A DNA stretch of 64,000 bases from Nanobdellota archaeon (GCA_042571645.1 JBHPFW010000003.1:24898-88897), one strand, 5' to 3'. Shown: positions 9,307 to 19,842, counted from the first letter of the stretch. The notes: generated from the sequence alone by a model not told the origin. A program made the numbers and translations.

Positions 9307-10122
9307 ATGGCAGAGACAAAAATAAATTCTTTTGAACTATTAAAGAAAATGAGAGAAAATAAACCATTAGTACACCATATAACAAATTGGGTGACAATAT
9401 ATGATTGTGCTAATATAACAAGAGCTTTTGGTGCACTGCCAGTAATGGCTCATGCAAAAGAGGAATCTGCAGATATGGCAAATATTGCTTCTGCATTAGT
9501 ACTTAATATTGGAACATTGACTCCAGATTTAATTGATTCAATGATAAGTGCAGGAAAATCAGCCAATAAAAAAGGAATTCCAATAATATTGGATGCTGTG
9601 GGTGCTGGTGCAACAAAGCTAAGAACAGATGAATGCCACAAATTATTGACTGAGCTAAAGATTGAAATAATAAAAGGGAATGCAGGAGAGATTGCTACTT
9701 TAGCAGGTGCAGAAGCAGAAGTAAAAGGAGTTGAGTCAATGGGCCATGAGGGAGATATAGCGGAAATAGCAAAAGAATTTGCCAAACAGAAGAACGCTAC
9801 AATAGCAATTACAGGAGCAAAAGACATAGTTGTGAGTCCAGAAGGCAAAGTATTTGAAATAAGCAATGGCCATGAAATGATGGGCCATGTTGTAGGTACA
9901 GGATGCATGGCCGCGAGTGTAATAGGCAGTTTTGCTGGTGTGGCTAAGGATAAAGACTATGCAGTATCAACAGCAGCAGCATTAAGCAGTTATGGGGTTG
10001 CTGGAGAATTAGCAGCTAAATCATCTAAAGGTCCAGGAACATTCAAGGAAGGATTTTATGATGCCGTTTACAACTTAACTGAGGATCAATTAACAAATAT
10101 GCAAAAAATAGAGCAGCAATAA
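9307..10122 (+). CDS. thiM: hydroxyethylthiazole kinase
   Basis: PLVHHITN, NIGT, KGNAGEI and VGTGC motifs. Confidence 0.95.
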   Translation: MAETKINSFELLKKMRENKPLVHHITNWVTIYDCANITRAFGALPVMAHAKEESADMANIASALVLNIGTLTPDLIDSMISAGKSANKKGIPIILDAVGAGATKLRTDECHKLLTELKIEIIKGNAGEIATLAGAEAEVKGVESMGHEGDIAEIAKEFAKQKNATIAITGAKDIVVSPEGKVFEISNGHEMMGHVVGTGCMAASVIGSFAGVAKDKDYAVSTAAALSSYGVAGELAAKSSKGPGTFKEGFYDAVYNLTEDQLTNMQKIEQQ

Positions 10123-10133
10123 ACTGAGGAAAA

Positions 10134-10670
10134 ATGAAAATCTTAGCAATATCTGGCTCGCCAAGGACTGGCAATATAGAATTTATCTTAAAAACATTAT
10201 TGAGTGAGATAGATTCTCATGAAACTGAATTAATTCTCTTAAAAGATCTAAAAATTGAGAATTGCACTGGGTGTGATGTTTGTTTTAATGAGAAAAAAGA
10301 TTGTTATATCGATGATGATATGAAGCAGCTCTACCTAAAGTTGGTTGAAGCAGATTTGATTGTTTTTGGCAGTCCAAATTATTTCAATAATGTAAGTGGT
10401 TTGATGAAGACATTTATTGATAGAACAAATTCATTGCTCAAGCCGTCCAAGTTGAAGGATAAAAGAACAGTCATTGTTTGTGTCGGAGGACAAAGTTTGG
10501 ATGATATAAAAAAATGCGAGTCTGCTTTAGAAGAATTCATAAAGATACACAAACTTGGTTTGGTTGCTAAATTAATATTGAAAGCAGATGCACCAGATGA
10601 GATAAAAAATAATCCTGAAGCAATAACTCAACTAAAAGAAGTTGGGAAAAGAATAAATGAATTAAAATGA
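10134..10670 (+). CDS. flavodoxin-family / NADPH-dependent FMN reductase (Isf-like)
   Basis: ISGSPR, CTGCDVC..C and GSPNYF motifs. Confidence 0.85.
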   Translation: MKILAISGSPRTGNIEFILKTLLSEIDSHETELILLKDLKIENCTGCDVCFNEKKDCYIDDDMKQLYLKLVEADLIVFGSPNYFNNVSGLMKTFIDRTNSLLKPSKLKDKRTVIVCVGGQSLDDIKKCESALEEFIKIHKLGLVAKLILKADAPDEIKNNPEAITQLKEVGKRINELK

Positions 10671-11299
10671 AATATAATTTAGGAACTTTAGGAGTATATC
10701 TTGTAACAGACAGAAAATTATCCAAGAAACCCATAGGTGAGGCAGCAAAAGATGCAATCGTGGGCGGTGTAAAAATAATTCAATATAGGGAAAAAGAACT
10801 GTCTTATGAAGAAAAACTCAAACAAGCCAAAAAACTTAGAAGACTAACAAAGTCTTTTGGAGTAATCTACATAATCAACGACGATGTAAAATTAGCTAAA
10901 GAAGTTGATGCTGATGGAGTGCATCTAGGCCAGGATGACATGACTTATGAAGAAGCAAGGGAAATCCTCGGTGAGGATAAAATAATTGGGGTAACAGCAC
11001 ATAACAGCAGGGAAGCAATACTTGCAGAAGGAAAAAAAGCAGATTATATAGCATTAAGCCCAATCTTTCAAACAGATACAAAAAAAGATGCAGGAAAACC
11101 AGCAGGAATAAAACTTATCGAGGAAGTAAGAGCCAAGGTAAAAACTCCGCTTGTTGCTATTGGCGGAATAAATGAAAACAATATACTCCAAGTGGCAAGA
11201 GCTGGAATAAAGACAATTGCAATGATATCTGCAATAATAACAAAAGATGATGTTGCTGGAGAGATAAGAAAATATAATGAACTAATACTCAAAAATTGA
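10667..11299 (+). CDS. thiE: thiamine-phosphate synthase
   Basis: QYREK, INDD, GVHLGQDD, TDTK and AIGGI motifs. Confidence 0.96.
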   Translation: MKYNLGTLGVYLVTDRKLSKKPIGEAAKDAIVGGVKIIQYREKELSYEEKLKQAKKLRRLTKSFGVIYIINDDVKLAKEVDADGVHLGQDDMTYEEAREILGEDKIIGVTAHNSREAILAEGKKADYIALSPIFQTDTKKDAGKPAGIKLIEEVRAKVKTPLVAIGGINENNILQVARAGIKTIAMISAIITKDDVAGEIRKYNELILKN

Positions 11300-11358
11300 A
11301 AAGTGGATTAAAAACAGTATTATAGAGAAAATAGTGAGAAGATTATGGAGAGAATAAA

Positions 11359-12654
11359 ATGACACAATTAAAGAAAGCAAGAGCAGGCACAATAACAGAA
11401 GAAATGAAATATGTTGCAGAGCAAGAATCACAGGATCCTGAAACTCTTAGGAAGGCTATTGCAGAAGGTACAATAGTTTTGCCGGCAAATATTCTTCATA
11501 AAAATATCAAGCCAATAGGAATAGGCAAAGGCTTAAAGACAAAGATAAATGCTAATATTGGTTCTTCTCCAGATGCTTCGGATATAGACAAGGAAGTAGA
11601 AAAAGTAAAATTATGCATAAAATATGGCGCAGATGCTGTAATGGATTTAAGCACCGGCGGAGATTTAGATAAAATAAGGATCGCAATAATAAAAGAAAGC
11701 ACTGTTCCAATAGGAACTGTTCCAGTATACCAAGCAGTAAAAGAAAAAGACACAATAGAGAATCTTACTGAACAGGATTTTATTGATGTTTTTGAAACGC
11801 AGGCAAAGCAAGGCGTAGACTTTATGACGATCCACGCGGGTTTAGTCCAGAAAACAATACCTCTTCTAAAAAACCGTCTTACTGGTGTGGTGAGCAGGGG
11901 CGGCAGCTTCATGGTTAAATGGATGCTGGCAAATAAAAAAGAAAACCCATACTATACACAATTCGATAAGGTTCTGGAGATAGCAAAAAAATATGATGTA
12001 ACTTTAAGTTTAGGTGATGGTTTAAGACCTGGCAGTTTGCATGATGCAACAGACAAAGCACAAATAGAAGAATTGAAAGTTTTGGGAGAACTGACAAAAA
12101 AGGCATGGCAGGAGGATGTGCAAGTGATGATTGAGGGCCCAGGCCATATCCCAATTAATGAGATAAAGGAAAATATGGATCTTCAAAAGAAATATTGCCA
12201 TAATGCGCCGTTTTATGTTCTTGGGCCCATAGTTACAGATATTGCCCCGGGTTATGATCACATAACATCTGCAATAGGAGCAGCAATAGCAGGATATCAT
12301 GGAGCAGATTTTTTGTGTTATGTAACTAGAAAAGAGCATTTGGGGTTGCCTTGTGGGGAGGATGTAAAGCAGGGAGTTGTGACATTCAAAGCAGTAGCAC
12401 ATGCAGTTGATATTGCAAAGGGCATTCCTGGAGCAAGAGACAGAGATGATGAAATGTCAAAAGCTAGAATGAACTTCGAATGGGAAAAACAATTTCAGCT
12501 GGCATTAGATCCAGAACTTGCAAGAGAATTGCGCCAAGATCATACTGTAGGAAAAGATTTCTGCAGCATGTGCGGTTCAAAATATTGCTCTATGAAAAAC
12601 TTTAAAGAAGCTAAAGAGAAATATTCCCTTGAAATAACAAAAAAGTGCCAATAA
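11359..12654 (+). CDS. thiC: phosphomethylpyrimidine synthase
   Basis: KINANIG, MDLSTGG, SRGGS, EGPGH and C-terminal CSMCG..C motifs. Confidence 0.97.
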   Translation: MTQLKKARAGTITEEMKYVAEQESQDPETLRKAIAEGTIVLPANILHKNIKPIGIGKGLKTKINANIGSSPDASDIDKEVEKVKLCIKYGADAVMDLSTGGDLDKIRIAIIKESTVPIGTVPVYQAVKEKDTIENLTEQDFIDVFETQAKQGVDFMTIHAGLVQKTIPLLKNRLTGVVSRGGSFMVKWMLANKKENPYYTQFDKVLEIAKKYDVTLSLGDGLRPGSLHDATDKAQIEELKVLGELTKKAWQEDVQVMIEGPGHIPINEIKENMDLQKKYCHNAPFYVLGPIVTDIAPGYDHITSAIGAAIAGYHGADFLCYVTRKEHLGLPCGEDVKQGVVTFKAVAHAVDIAKGIPGARDRDDEMSKARMNFEWEKQFQLALDPELARELRQDHTVGKDFCSMCGSKYCSMKNFKEAKEKYSLEITKKCQ

Positions 12655-12658
12655 TTTA

Positions 12659-12819
12659 TTTGCTCGTCCTATTAAAATCACAGATTTTTGGCATCCTAGA
12701 AATGCTAAACATTTCTATGAGGCAGGGATTTTTACGGACTCGCAATTTAATTGGCACTTTTTTGGAATTAAAAAAGGCGCACTAAAGTGCGGGGTTTTAA
12801 ACCCTGCGCCATTTTTAAT
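12659..12819. repeat. multi-hairpin palindromic intergenic element
   Basis: TTGC-GTCC...GGAC-GCAA encloses AAAATC/GATTTT and TAGAAATG/CATTTCTA hairpins. A second unit reads ATTAAAAA-GGCGCA...TGCGCC-TTTTTAAT. Confidence 0.6.
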
Positions 12820-12846
12820 AAACAAAGAAGAATCAGAGAAAAAAGA

Positions 12847-13821
12847 ATGAAAATAAAAGACATTGGTGGAGAATTTGCATTGATTAATAGAGTTACAAAG
12901 AAAGTCAAGAATAGAAAAGTAATTGTTGGGATTGGAGATGATTGTGCAGTTATTGAAAAAGATGCAAAAAAATATACTGTTATAACAACAGACATGTTAG
13001 TAGAGAATGATCATTTTAGATTAGATTGGGCTACTCCTTTACAAGTAGGAAAAAAAGCAATGGAAGCAAATGTAAGTGATGTAGCTTCTATGGGGGGAAT
13101 GCCAAAGTATGCATTGGTGTCACTGTCTCTCACACCAAAAACTTCTGTTGAAATTATTGATGAGTTGTATAAGGGATTCTATTCTGTTGCAAAAAAATAT
13201 GGTTTTGATATTATCGGCGGAGACATGACTCATGGCAGCGAGATGACGATTAGCATAACTATAATTGGCGAAGTTGAGAAGAATAAATTAGCCTTGCGCA
13301 GTAATGCAAAGCCAGGAGAATTAATATTAGTAACTGGTGTGTTGGGAGGATCAACTGCAGGATTGGAATTATTGTTGAAAGACAAAAATAATCTGAAAAA
13401 AAGAAAAAAACTTTTAGAATATCATCTAAATCCGACTTGCAGATTGAAAAAAGCAAGACATCTTGTGGGTTTGGGAGTAAAATGTATGATTGATGTAAGT
13501 GATGGTTTGGCTTCAGAGGTAAAACACATTTGTGAGATGTCAAAAACAGGAGCAGTAATATTTAAGGATTGCATACCCTTGGATAAATCAACTAGGAAAG
13601 CAGCAGAAATAGTTAGCAAAGATCCTTATGATTTTGCTCTTTCTGGTGGTGAGGATTTTGAATTGGTATTCACCTTATCCAAGAAAAATTACGAGAAAAA
13701 CAAATCAAAATTAAGGGATTGCTTTGTTGTTGGAAAAATATTGGATAAGAAAAAAGGAATTTATTTATTTGATGGTGTTAAGAAAGAATTGGCAGGAGGA
13801 TATGATCATTTCAAATCCTAA
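12847..13821 (+). CDS. thiL: thiamine-monophosphate kinase
   Basis: GEFALI, GIGDDCA, NVSDVASMGG, GGD, DVSDGL and GGEDFEL motifs. Start reassigned to ATG 12847. Confidence 0.95.
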   Translation: MKIKDIGGEFALINRVTKKVKNRKVIVGIGDDCAVIEKDAKKYTVITTDMLVENDHFRLDWATPLQVGKKAMEANVSDVASMGGMPKYALVSLSLTPKTSVEIIDELYKGFYSVAKKYGFDIIGGDMTHGSEMTISITIIGEVEKNKLALRSNAKPGELILVTGVLGGSTAGLELLLKDKNNLKKRKKLLEYHLNPTCRLKKARHLVGLGVKCMIDVSDGLASEVKHICEMSKTGAVIFKDCIPLDKSTRKAAEIVSKDPYDFALSGGEDFELVFTLSKKNYEKNKSKLRDCFVVGKILDKKKGIYLFDGVKKELAGGYDHFKS

Positions 13822-14290
13822 TAATCTGTTTATGTTCTTCAAGCTGTTCTTCTAATTGTTCCATTGTTTTCTGAAGTTTGGGATGAACAAACTTAGGATC
13901 AATTTCTGCCATAGGCACAACTGCAAAAGAATGTTTTTCCATATCAGGATGGGGTACGATTAAATTATCTTCTTCAATAGTCTGATCACCATAGAATAAT
14001 ATATCTAAATCAATTGTTCTTGGAGCTTTTCTGTCTTCCTGGTTCCTTCCAAGTTTTTTCTCTATATCCATCAAGAAATCAAGAAGTTCTTTTGGACTTA
14101 AATCTGTTTCAGCTTTTACAACACCATTAAAGAACCAATCTTGGTCTTCAAACCCCATTGGCTCAGTTTCAAAAAGAGATGATTCCTGTAGAATATTTAT
14201 CTTTTCTTTCATCATATCTATAGCTTTATCTATGTGAATCTTTTTGTCCTCAATATTAGAACCAACACCAATATACACAATATTCCCCAT
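13811..14290 (-). CDS. folK: 2-amino-4-hydroxy-6-hydroxymethyldihydropteridine diphosphokinase
   Basis: GVGSN, ETEP, PRTIDLDIL and VPHP motifs. Confidence 0.93.
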   Translation of the reverse strand: MGNIVYIGVGSNIEDKKIHIDKAIDMMKEKINILQESSLFETEPMGFEDQDWFFNGVVKAETDLSPKELLDFLMDIEKKLGRNQEDRKAPRTIDLDILFYGDQTIEEDNLIVPHPDMEKHSFAVVPMAEIDPKFVHPKLQKTMEQLEEQLEEHKQIIRI

Positions 14291-14382
14291 ATATTATTAC
14301 TATAGTGCAATTATTTTATAAAATTTACTAAATTCTTTATAAATGATGTTTGGAATTCTAGAGAATTGATGTAATAATAAAG

Positions 14383-14659
14383 TGGACAGGCACACCCACT
14401 GATGGACAGAAAATGAATACAAAGGTTGAACCTTGACTTTTTCTCATTTCCGCAACCCTGCAAGCACCGATCAACTCAGTTAACGCTGCTCCATTCCTGG
14501 TCTGACGTGGTTCCTGAAAAGATTAGTCGAGCAGGACAGAAAATCATTGGCCAAGCCAAGACCTAGTACTCAAAATCTGCCTCTCAGCAAGCTTCACTCC
14601 AACCATAAAGCTCGTTTGTTGTTACAAGAGAGAGCTATCCTCCCGAGCTAGCCTGTCCA
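14383..14659 (-). ncRNA. ffs: archaeal SRP RNA (7S)
   Basis: Terminal helix GGACAGGC/GCCTGTCC, Alu-domain TGTAAC, helix-8-like GTCAGACCAGGAATGGAGCAGC, and an upstream TTTAAA. Confidence 0.88.
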
Positions 14660-14708
14660 AAGCAAAGAAGTAAAGGCCTTTTTAAATACTTTTTGGGTGA
14701 GTTGCGGA

Positions 14709-15632
14709 TTAAATAAAGAAAAGAATCAATCCTATAATCCCATATCCTAAGAAACAGCCTGTACTGATGAAAGGCATTGCAGGATAAAACTTCCCTTCTT
14801 TTGAGGAAAATAAAAGCCATGAGAGTGCAAGTGTAGTTGTGACAATTATTATGCAGGAAAGTAAGAAAGCATATAATTTTGGCATTCCCTGGCTCAAAAT
14901 AAGCCATTCAATCACAGTTCCTGAAAAAAGAAGCGGGAATGCAATATCTCCACCGCCTAAAATTGCTGATTTTCCTTTTTTCTTAACAAGCTTCTTTCCA
15001 GTAGCCTTCTTGGATGATAGGATTCTTGATTTTTTATCATAAGGAATAAACAACCCTGCAAACACTTTTGCTTCTGTCTGAAATTTTGCTAATTTAACCA
15101 TGTGTTTGGATTTCCAGACAGCATATGCATCATATATGGCTATTATTATCAATAAAATCGAGGCTGAGAAAAGATTGAGTATAGGAATAAAGATTAATGT
15201 AAGGCCAGTATAGATAAATGGTTCTGTGAGGTTATGGATGTATACATTATTTCTATAGACTTTTAATCCTGCCAAAATTATTGCAGCAAGAACAGCTAAA
15301 AGGCCCGGCATGTAAACACCTAATGCAACAGCCAATGTTAAAAAAACCGTGATCAAATACCAGTATTTCCAGACAAAGCCTGCTCTAAATCTTATGAGAA
15401 CAAACACCAGCAATGTACCTATGATTATTGCAATGAAAATCATCACAAAAGTATAATCTTTATTCTCAACTTCAGGAGCTTCCCCAATAACAGTTGCTGG
15501 ATGAGAAATTGTAATAGTGCCATTAACATCCTTTTCTACTTGAATATACTTAGTTACTGTACCAATCCCAATAAGCTGGCTGATTACAAAAAGCCCGATG
15601 AGGAATAGGGTTATTTTCATGGTATGTTTCAT
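14709..15632 (-). CDS. presenilin-family intramembrane aspartyl protease
   Basis: YD, LGGGD and PAMP (PAL-type) motifs, with many TM helices. Confidence 0.9.
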   Translation of the reverse strand: MKHTMKITLFLIGLFVISQLIGIGTVTKYIQVEKDVNGTITISHPATVIGEAPEVENKDYTFVMIFIAIIIGTLLVFVLIRFRAGFVWKYWYLITVFLTLAVALGVYMPGLLAVLAAIILAGLKVYRNNVYIHNLTEPFIYTGLTLIFIPILNLFSASILLIIIAIYDAYAVWKSKHMVKLAKFQTEAKVFAGLFIPYDKKSRILSSKKATGKKLVKKKGKSAILGGGDIAFPLLFSGTVIEWLILSQGMPKLYAFLLSCIIIVTTTLALSWLLFSSKEGKFYPAMPFISTGCFLGYGIIGLILFFI

Positions 15633-15684
15633 AATAGGTGTTGATTTTGAGGTATTTTTATAAATATATTCATTTTAACTTCAA

Positions 15685-15800
15685 ATATGATGGCTACTGG
15701 GGCGAGTCCGATTGATCTGTAAATTAATCTCGCAATCTCAGTTGACCATGCAATATCATGAAGAAAAACCAGTGGACTCTAGGCGCCAGTAGCCACATAT
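15685..15800 (+). ncRNA. unassigned structured RNA / 5' leader
   Basis: Stems TGGCTACTGG/CCAGTAGCCA, GAGTCC/GGACTC and GATTGAT/ATTAATC, with a TATA box about 25 nt upstream. Confidence 0.55.
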
Positions 15801-15803
15801 AAA

Positions 15804-16268
15804 ATGAACAAAATAGCAAATTTCATTGAAATTAGAGCATTTTCAAACCCAGAAGATGATTATGATAAAGTATATAATGCATTTATTAGTTTACTGCCGA
15901 GCTTTGAATATGAAGAAGAATCTAAGAAGCCAAAGCCAACAGTAAAAAATACACAGGGCTTTGAAGAAAAAACAATTAGAATGATAGAAATTAAATTAGA
16001 GAAGAACAAACACATAAATGACTTCATAAAGAAATTGGCCAGTAATTTGAGTGATGATCAAAAAGAACTATTAGTTAGACAAGCTGATTCAAGATTGGAT
16101 GAACATTTGCATTTCTTTTTACGTTTGGATAAAGAGAAACTGCAAAACAATGAGTATCTGATGACAGATTCTGGAGATTGTTATCATGTTAAAATTGGCC
16201 TGAGTTGTTTTCCAGCAAAAAGAGAAAAAGCTATTGAGTTGATCGGGGAGATATTTGGCAAGACTTAA
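15804..16268 (+). CDS. archaeal RNA-binding protein (COG1325-like)
   Basis: N-terminal PED and C-terminal FFLRLDK pattern, at a typical length for the family. Confidence 0.75.
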   Translation: MNKIANFIEIRAFSNPEDDYDKVYNAFISLLPSFEYEEESKKPKPTVKNTQGFEEKTIRMIEIKLEKNKHINDFIKKLASNLSDDQKELLVRQADSRLDEHLHFFLRLDKEKLQNNEYLMTDSGDCYHVKIGLSCFPAKREKAIELIGEIFGKT

Positions 16269-16519
16269 ATACCAGTTATCCATTACCATTTCTGATATAA
16301 AATGAAACAAAGTGATTGTCTTTGGCACGAGCAACCGTTATTCTAAGTTTTATATAGCTAAAGCAGTAAAAATATTGCTTATTTTTTCAAGAAACTGGCA
16401 TTGGTGCTAGCTAATTCTCTATAAACCATTTTTTAGCTGTTTTGGCCTTTAATACGTTTTTACAACTCTTTAGCCATTACAAACCTATATAAATTATAAT
16501 ATAACAGGAGGAGATATAA

Positions 16520-18190
16520 ATGCTTAAAACCTTAAAAAAAGCCAAGTTGGGGGATTTGGTGCCTATATACAAGTCTGTAAGGGCTCCAAAAGACGCAGTA
16601 GAGTATTTTGCACGGATTTCTGATTATGGCAGACAGCAGAATAGTATTTTGCTTGAGTCAGCAGATATTGTTCCTAAATACGGCAGATTCAGCTTAGGAA
16701 GTGCAGATCCTTGTTTAAGAATAACTGGAAATCAGGATGAATTTGAAATCTTAGCACTGAATGACACTGGCAAGAGATTTCTCAAATTCATAAGAGATGA
16801 TTTTGGTTTTGTGAGAAACAAAAAAATCACGCCATCAAAGATATCTGGCAAACTGAGAGCATCTGCAAAATCAAAACAGTCAGATGAGCAGGAAAGATTA
16901 AAACAACGCACTCACGCAGATATTCTCAGAACAATCGCATTCAAATTCAATCCAATATCAAAACCATTTATGGCATATGGCGGGTTGTTTGGCGCAATAT
17001 CTTATGACTTTATTGATCAGTTTGAAAAACTCCCGAAGAATAGAGATGACATAACAAAGGATCCGGACTATGAAATGTATTTCTTGGACAACTTATTCAT
17101 CATTGACCACAAAAAAGGAAAGATGAATATAATTGCAAATGCTTTGATAACAACAGATGATGAACAAAAGAAAAAAGAAATTCTGAAAGAATGCCAGAAA
17201 AAAATAAGCAATTACACAAAATCAGTAAAAAAATCTTTGCCAAAAAAAGGAAAATTCGAGAAAGCAGAGATTAAGACATCAACTGATACCTCAAAAGAAG
17301 AATATGAAGCAATAGTGGAAAAAATGAAGGAACACATAGTTCTTGGAGATATATTCCAGGTAGTTCCATCAAGGACAATAATCTCGACATATAACAATGA
17401 GCCTTTAGATATTTATACAACCTTAAGAGCACTAAATCCTTCGCCATACATGTTTTATATGAATATTAAATCGGGGATATTGCTTGGAGCTTCTCCTGAG
17501 ATGGCATTAAGAGTTGAAGGATCAGGGATAAAAAGAGATTCAGAAAAAACAGTTGAAATAAGACCTATTGCAGGAACAAAACCAAGAGGTTTCAACACCA
17601 AAGGAGAAATCGATCCTGATGCAGACTCTAGATATGAAACAGAACTAAAGATAGACACTAAAGAATTAGCAGAACATACAATGCTTGTGGATTTGGCTAG
17701 AAATGATATTGCAAAAGTCTCAAAACCAGGTACTAGAGTTGTTAATGAGCCGTTTGTGGTCGAGAAATATTCCCACGTACAACATTTAGTAAGTAATGTT
17801 TCAGGAAAACTGAGTGATGATCTGGATGCACTGCATGCTTATCTTGCAACAATGAACATGGGCACATTAACTGGCGCTCCTAAAATTGAAGCAATGAAAC
17901 TGATAAGAAAATCCGAAAAAAACAAACGAGGCTTTTATGGCGGAAGTGTTGGTTATTTAACTCCCTCTGGAGACATGGATACAACAATAGTGATAAGGTC
18001 AATGCAAATTAAAGGGAAAAAAGCATATGTCAGGGCAGGTGCGGGGATTGTTTATGACAGTGTTGCACCAAATGAATTCATGGAAACTGAAAAGAAAACA
18101 AGATCTTGCTTAGTTGCAATAGAAAATGCTTCAAAAGGAAAAAAGAAAGCAAGTAAGCCATCATTAAAGAAAAGAGGTGGCAGAAAATGA
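16520..18190 (+). CDS. trpE: anthranilate synthase component I
   Basis: LLES, GDIFQVV, NPSPYM, RPIAGT, EHTMLVDLARND and AGAGIV motifs. Confidence 0.96.
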   Translation: MLKTLKKAKLGDLVPIYKSVRAPKDAVEYFARISDYGRQQNSILLESADIVPKYGRFSLGSADPCLRITGNQDEFEILALNDTGKRFLKFIRDDFGFVRNKKITPSKISGKLRASAKSKQSDEQERLKQRTHADILRTIAFKFNPISKPFMAYGGLFGAISYDFIDQFEKLPKNRDDITKDPDYEMYFLDNLFIIDHKKGKMNIIANALITTDDEQKKKEILKECQKKISNYTKSVKKSLPKKGKFEKAEIKTSTDTSKEEYEAIVEKMKEHIVLGDIFQVVPSRTIISTYNNEPLDIYTTLRALNPSPYMFYMNIKSGILLGASPEMALRVEGSGIKRDSEKTVEIRPIAGTKPRGFNTKGEIDPDADSRYETELKIDTKELAEHTMLVDLARNDIAKVSKPGTRVVNEPFVVEKYSHVQHLVSNVSGKLSDDLDALHAYLATMNMGTLTGAPKIEAMKLIRKSEKNKRGFYGGSVGYLTPSGDMDTTIVIRSMQIKGKKAYVRAGAGIVYDSVAPNEFMETEKKTRSCLVAIENASKGKKKASKPSLKKRGGRK

Positions 18191-18786
18191 AAAAGAAAAA
18201 ATCCACCTCTATCAAGCCAAGAATTTTGTTTATAGACAATTTTGACAGCTTTACATATAATTTAGTAGATGAATTTGAAAAGAGAAACTGTGAAGTTTTG
18301 GTTTACAGAAATGACGTTGACTTGAAAATAATTGCAGACTGTGTTAAGAAATTCAAACCTCAACTAATAGTTATCTCTCCAGGACCAAGCAATCCAAAAA
18401 ATGCAGGTAATTCAGTTGCTATAATAAGAAAATACAAAGAAAAAATTCCAATATTTGGAGTATGCTTAGGCCACCAATGCATTATTGAAGCATTCAAAGG
18501 CAAAGTTGATAGTGCACCAGAGATTATTCATGGAAAACCATCTAAAATATTGCACGGAAGCACAGGAATTTTTCAAGGCTTAGAGAATCCGCTACAAGCA
18601 GGAAGATATCATTCATTATGCAGTGTAAAAATCACAGATGATTTAAAGGTGACAGCAGAAACAGACGGAATTGTAATGGCAATACAACACAAGGATCTGC
18701 CAATATATGGTGTGCAGTTCCATCCTGAAAGTATACTAACACCGACAGGAGGAAAGTTGATTGAGAATGTCATTAACATATTATAA
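18187..18786 (+). CDS. trpG: anthranilate synthase component II
   Basis: DNFDSFTYN, SPGP, GVCLGHQ and QFHPES motifs. Confidence 0.96.
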   Translation: MKKKKSTSIKPRILFIDNFDSFTYNLVDEFEKRNCEVLVYRNDVDLKIIADCVKKFKPQLIVISPGPSNPKNAGNSVAIIRKYKEKIPIFGVCLGHQCIIEAFKGKVDSAPEIIHGKPSKILHGSTGIFQGLENPLQAGRYHSLCSVKITDDLKVTAETDGIVMAIQHKDLPIYGVQFHPESILTPTGGKLIENVINIL

Positions 18787-18810
18787 TTTTGTTTGTAAAG
18801 GTGAATCAAG

Positions 18811-19842
18811 ATGATAAAAGATGCAATAGCAAAACTTGTGGAAAAGCAAGATTTAATATTCGGAGAAGCTGAAGCTTCAATGAATGAAATCATGAGCGGG
18901 GAAGCTACGCAAGCACAGATTGGGTCATTCCTAACAGCCTTGAGGATGAAGGGAGAGACAATAGATGAAATAGCAGCATGTGCAAAAGTTATGAGGGAAA
19001 AAGCTTCCAGAATCAAGCCCAAGAATCAAGATCAGCTAGTAGATGTTGTAGGAACAGGAGGAGATAAATCAGGCACATTCAATATTTCCACAACAACAAT
19101 GTTTGTGGTGGCAGGAGCTGAAGTGCCAGTAGCAAAACACGGCAATAAATCTGTCTCAAGCAAATCCGGAGCAGCAGATGTATTGGATGCACTAGGAGTA
19201 AAGATTGATCTTGAACCAAAGCAAGTTGAGCAGTGTATATCTGAAACAGGAATCGGTTTTATGTTTGCACCAAAATTTCATGGGGCAATGAAACATGCAA
19301 TAGGCCCAAGAAAAGAAATGGGCATAAGAACAATATTCAATATTTTGGGGCCATTAACAAATCCAGCAGAAGCACCTTATGAGTTGATGGGGGTTTTTAG
19401 TCCAGATTTAACAGAGCCATTGGCAGAAGTACTTGCAAAACTTGGATGTAAGCAAGCCATGGTGGTTCATGGTTCTGGGTTAGATGAAATTACAATAGTA
19501 GGAGAAACAAGAGTGTCAGAATTAAAGGAGGGTCATGTAATGACCTACACAATTAAACCGACAGACTTCGGTATAAAGATGGCAGACTTGTCAGAAATTT
19601 TGGGGGGAACAGCAGAGGAAAATGCAAAAATTACAATGGCTATTCTTGAAGGCAAAGAACAAGGCCCAAAAAGAGACATAGTTCTTCTGAATGCAGCTGC
19701 ATCTTTGGTAGCAGCTAAAAAAGCAGGGAACATAATAGATGGAATAGAACTAGCAAAGAAATCGATTGACTCAGGTAAAGCATTAGAAAAACTTGAAATG
19801 CTCAAGAAATTCACAAATAATCAAAAGGGTGAACAGAAATGA
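18811..19842 (+). CDS. trpD: anthranilate phosphoribosyltransferase
   Basis: GTGGD, FNIST, KHGN and GLDE motifs. Confidence 0.97.
   Translation: MIKDAIAKLVEKQDLIFGEAEASMNEIMSGEATQAQIGSFLTALRMKGETIDEIAACAKVMREKASRIKPKNQDQLVDVVGTGGDKSGTFNISTTTMFVVAGAEVPVAKHGNKSVSSKSGAADVLDALGVKIDLEPKQVEQCISETGIGFMFAPKFHGAMKHAIGPRKEMGIRTIFNILGPLTNPAEAPYELMGVFSPDLTEPLAEVLAKLGCKQAMVVHGSGLDEITIVGETRVSELKEGHVMTYTIKPTDFGIKMADLSEILGGTAEENAKITMAILEGKEQGPKRDIVLLNAAASLVAAKKAGNIIDGIELAKKSIDSGKALEKLEMLKKFTNNQKGEQK

Noticed and set aside
8330..12850. TPP riboswitch in the thiamine cluster
   Set aside because: No CUGAGA/ACCUG-type aptamer core was found; ThiR-type operators explain the regulation.
14635..14907. 90-aa ORF
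   Set aside because: It is an alternative frame overlapping the presenilin 3' end and the SRP RNA 5' end.
15691..15795. tRNA, 5S rRNA or RNase P RNA identity for the structured element
   Set aside because: The acceptor-like ends are present, but there is no T-loop or anticodon arm, no 5S loop-C motif and no RNase P CR-I/CR-V pairing.
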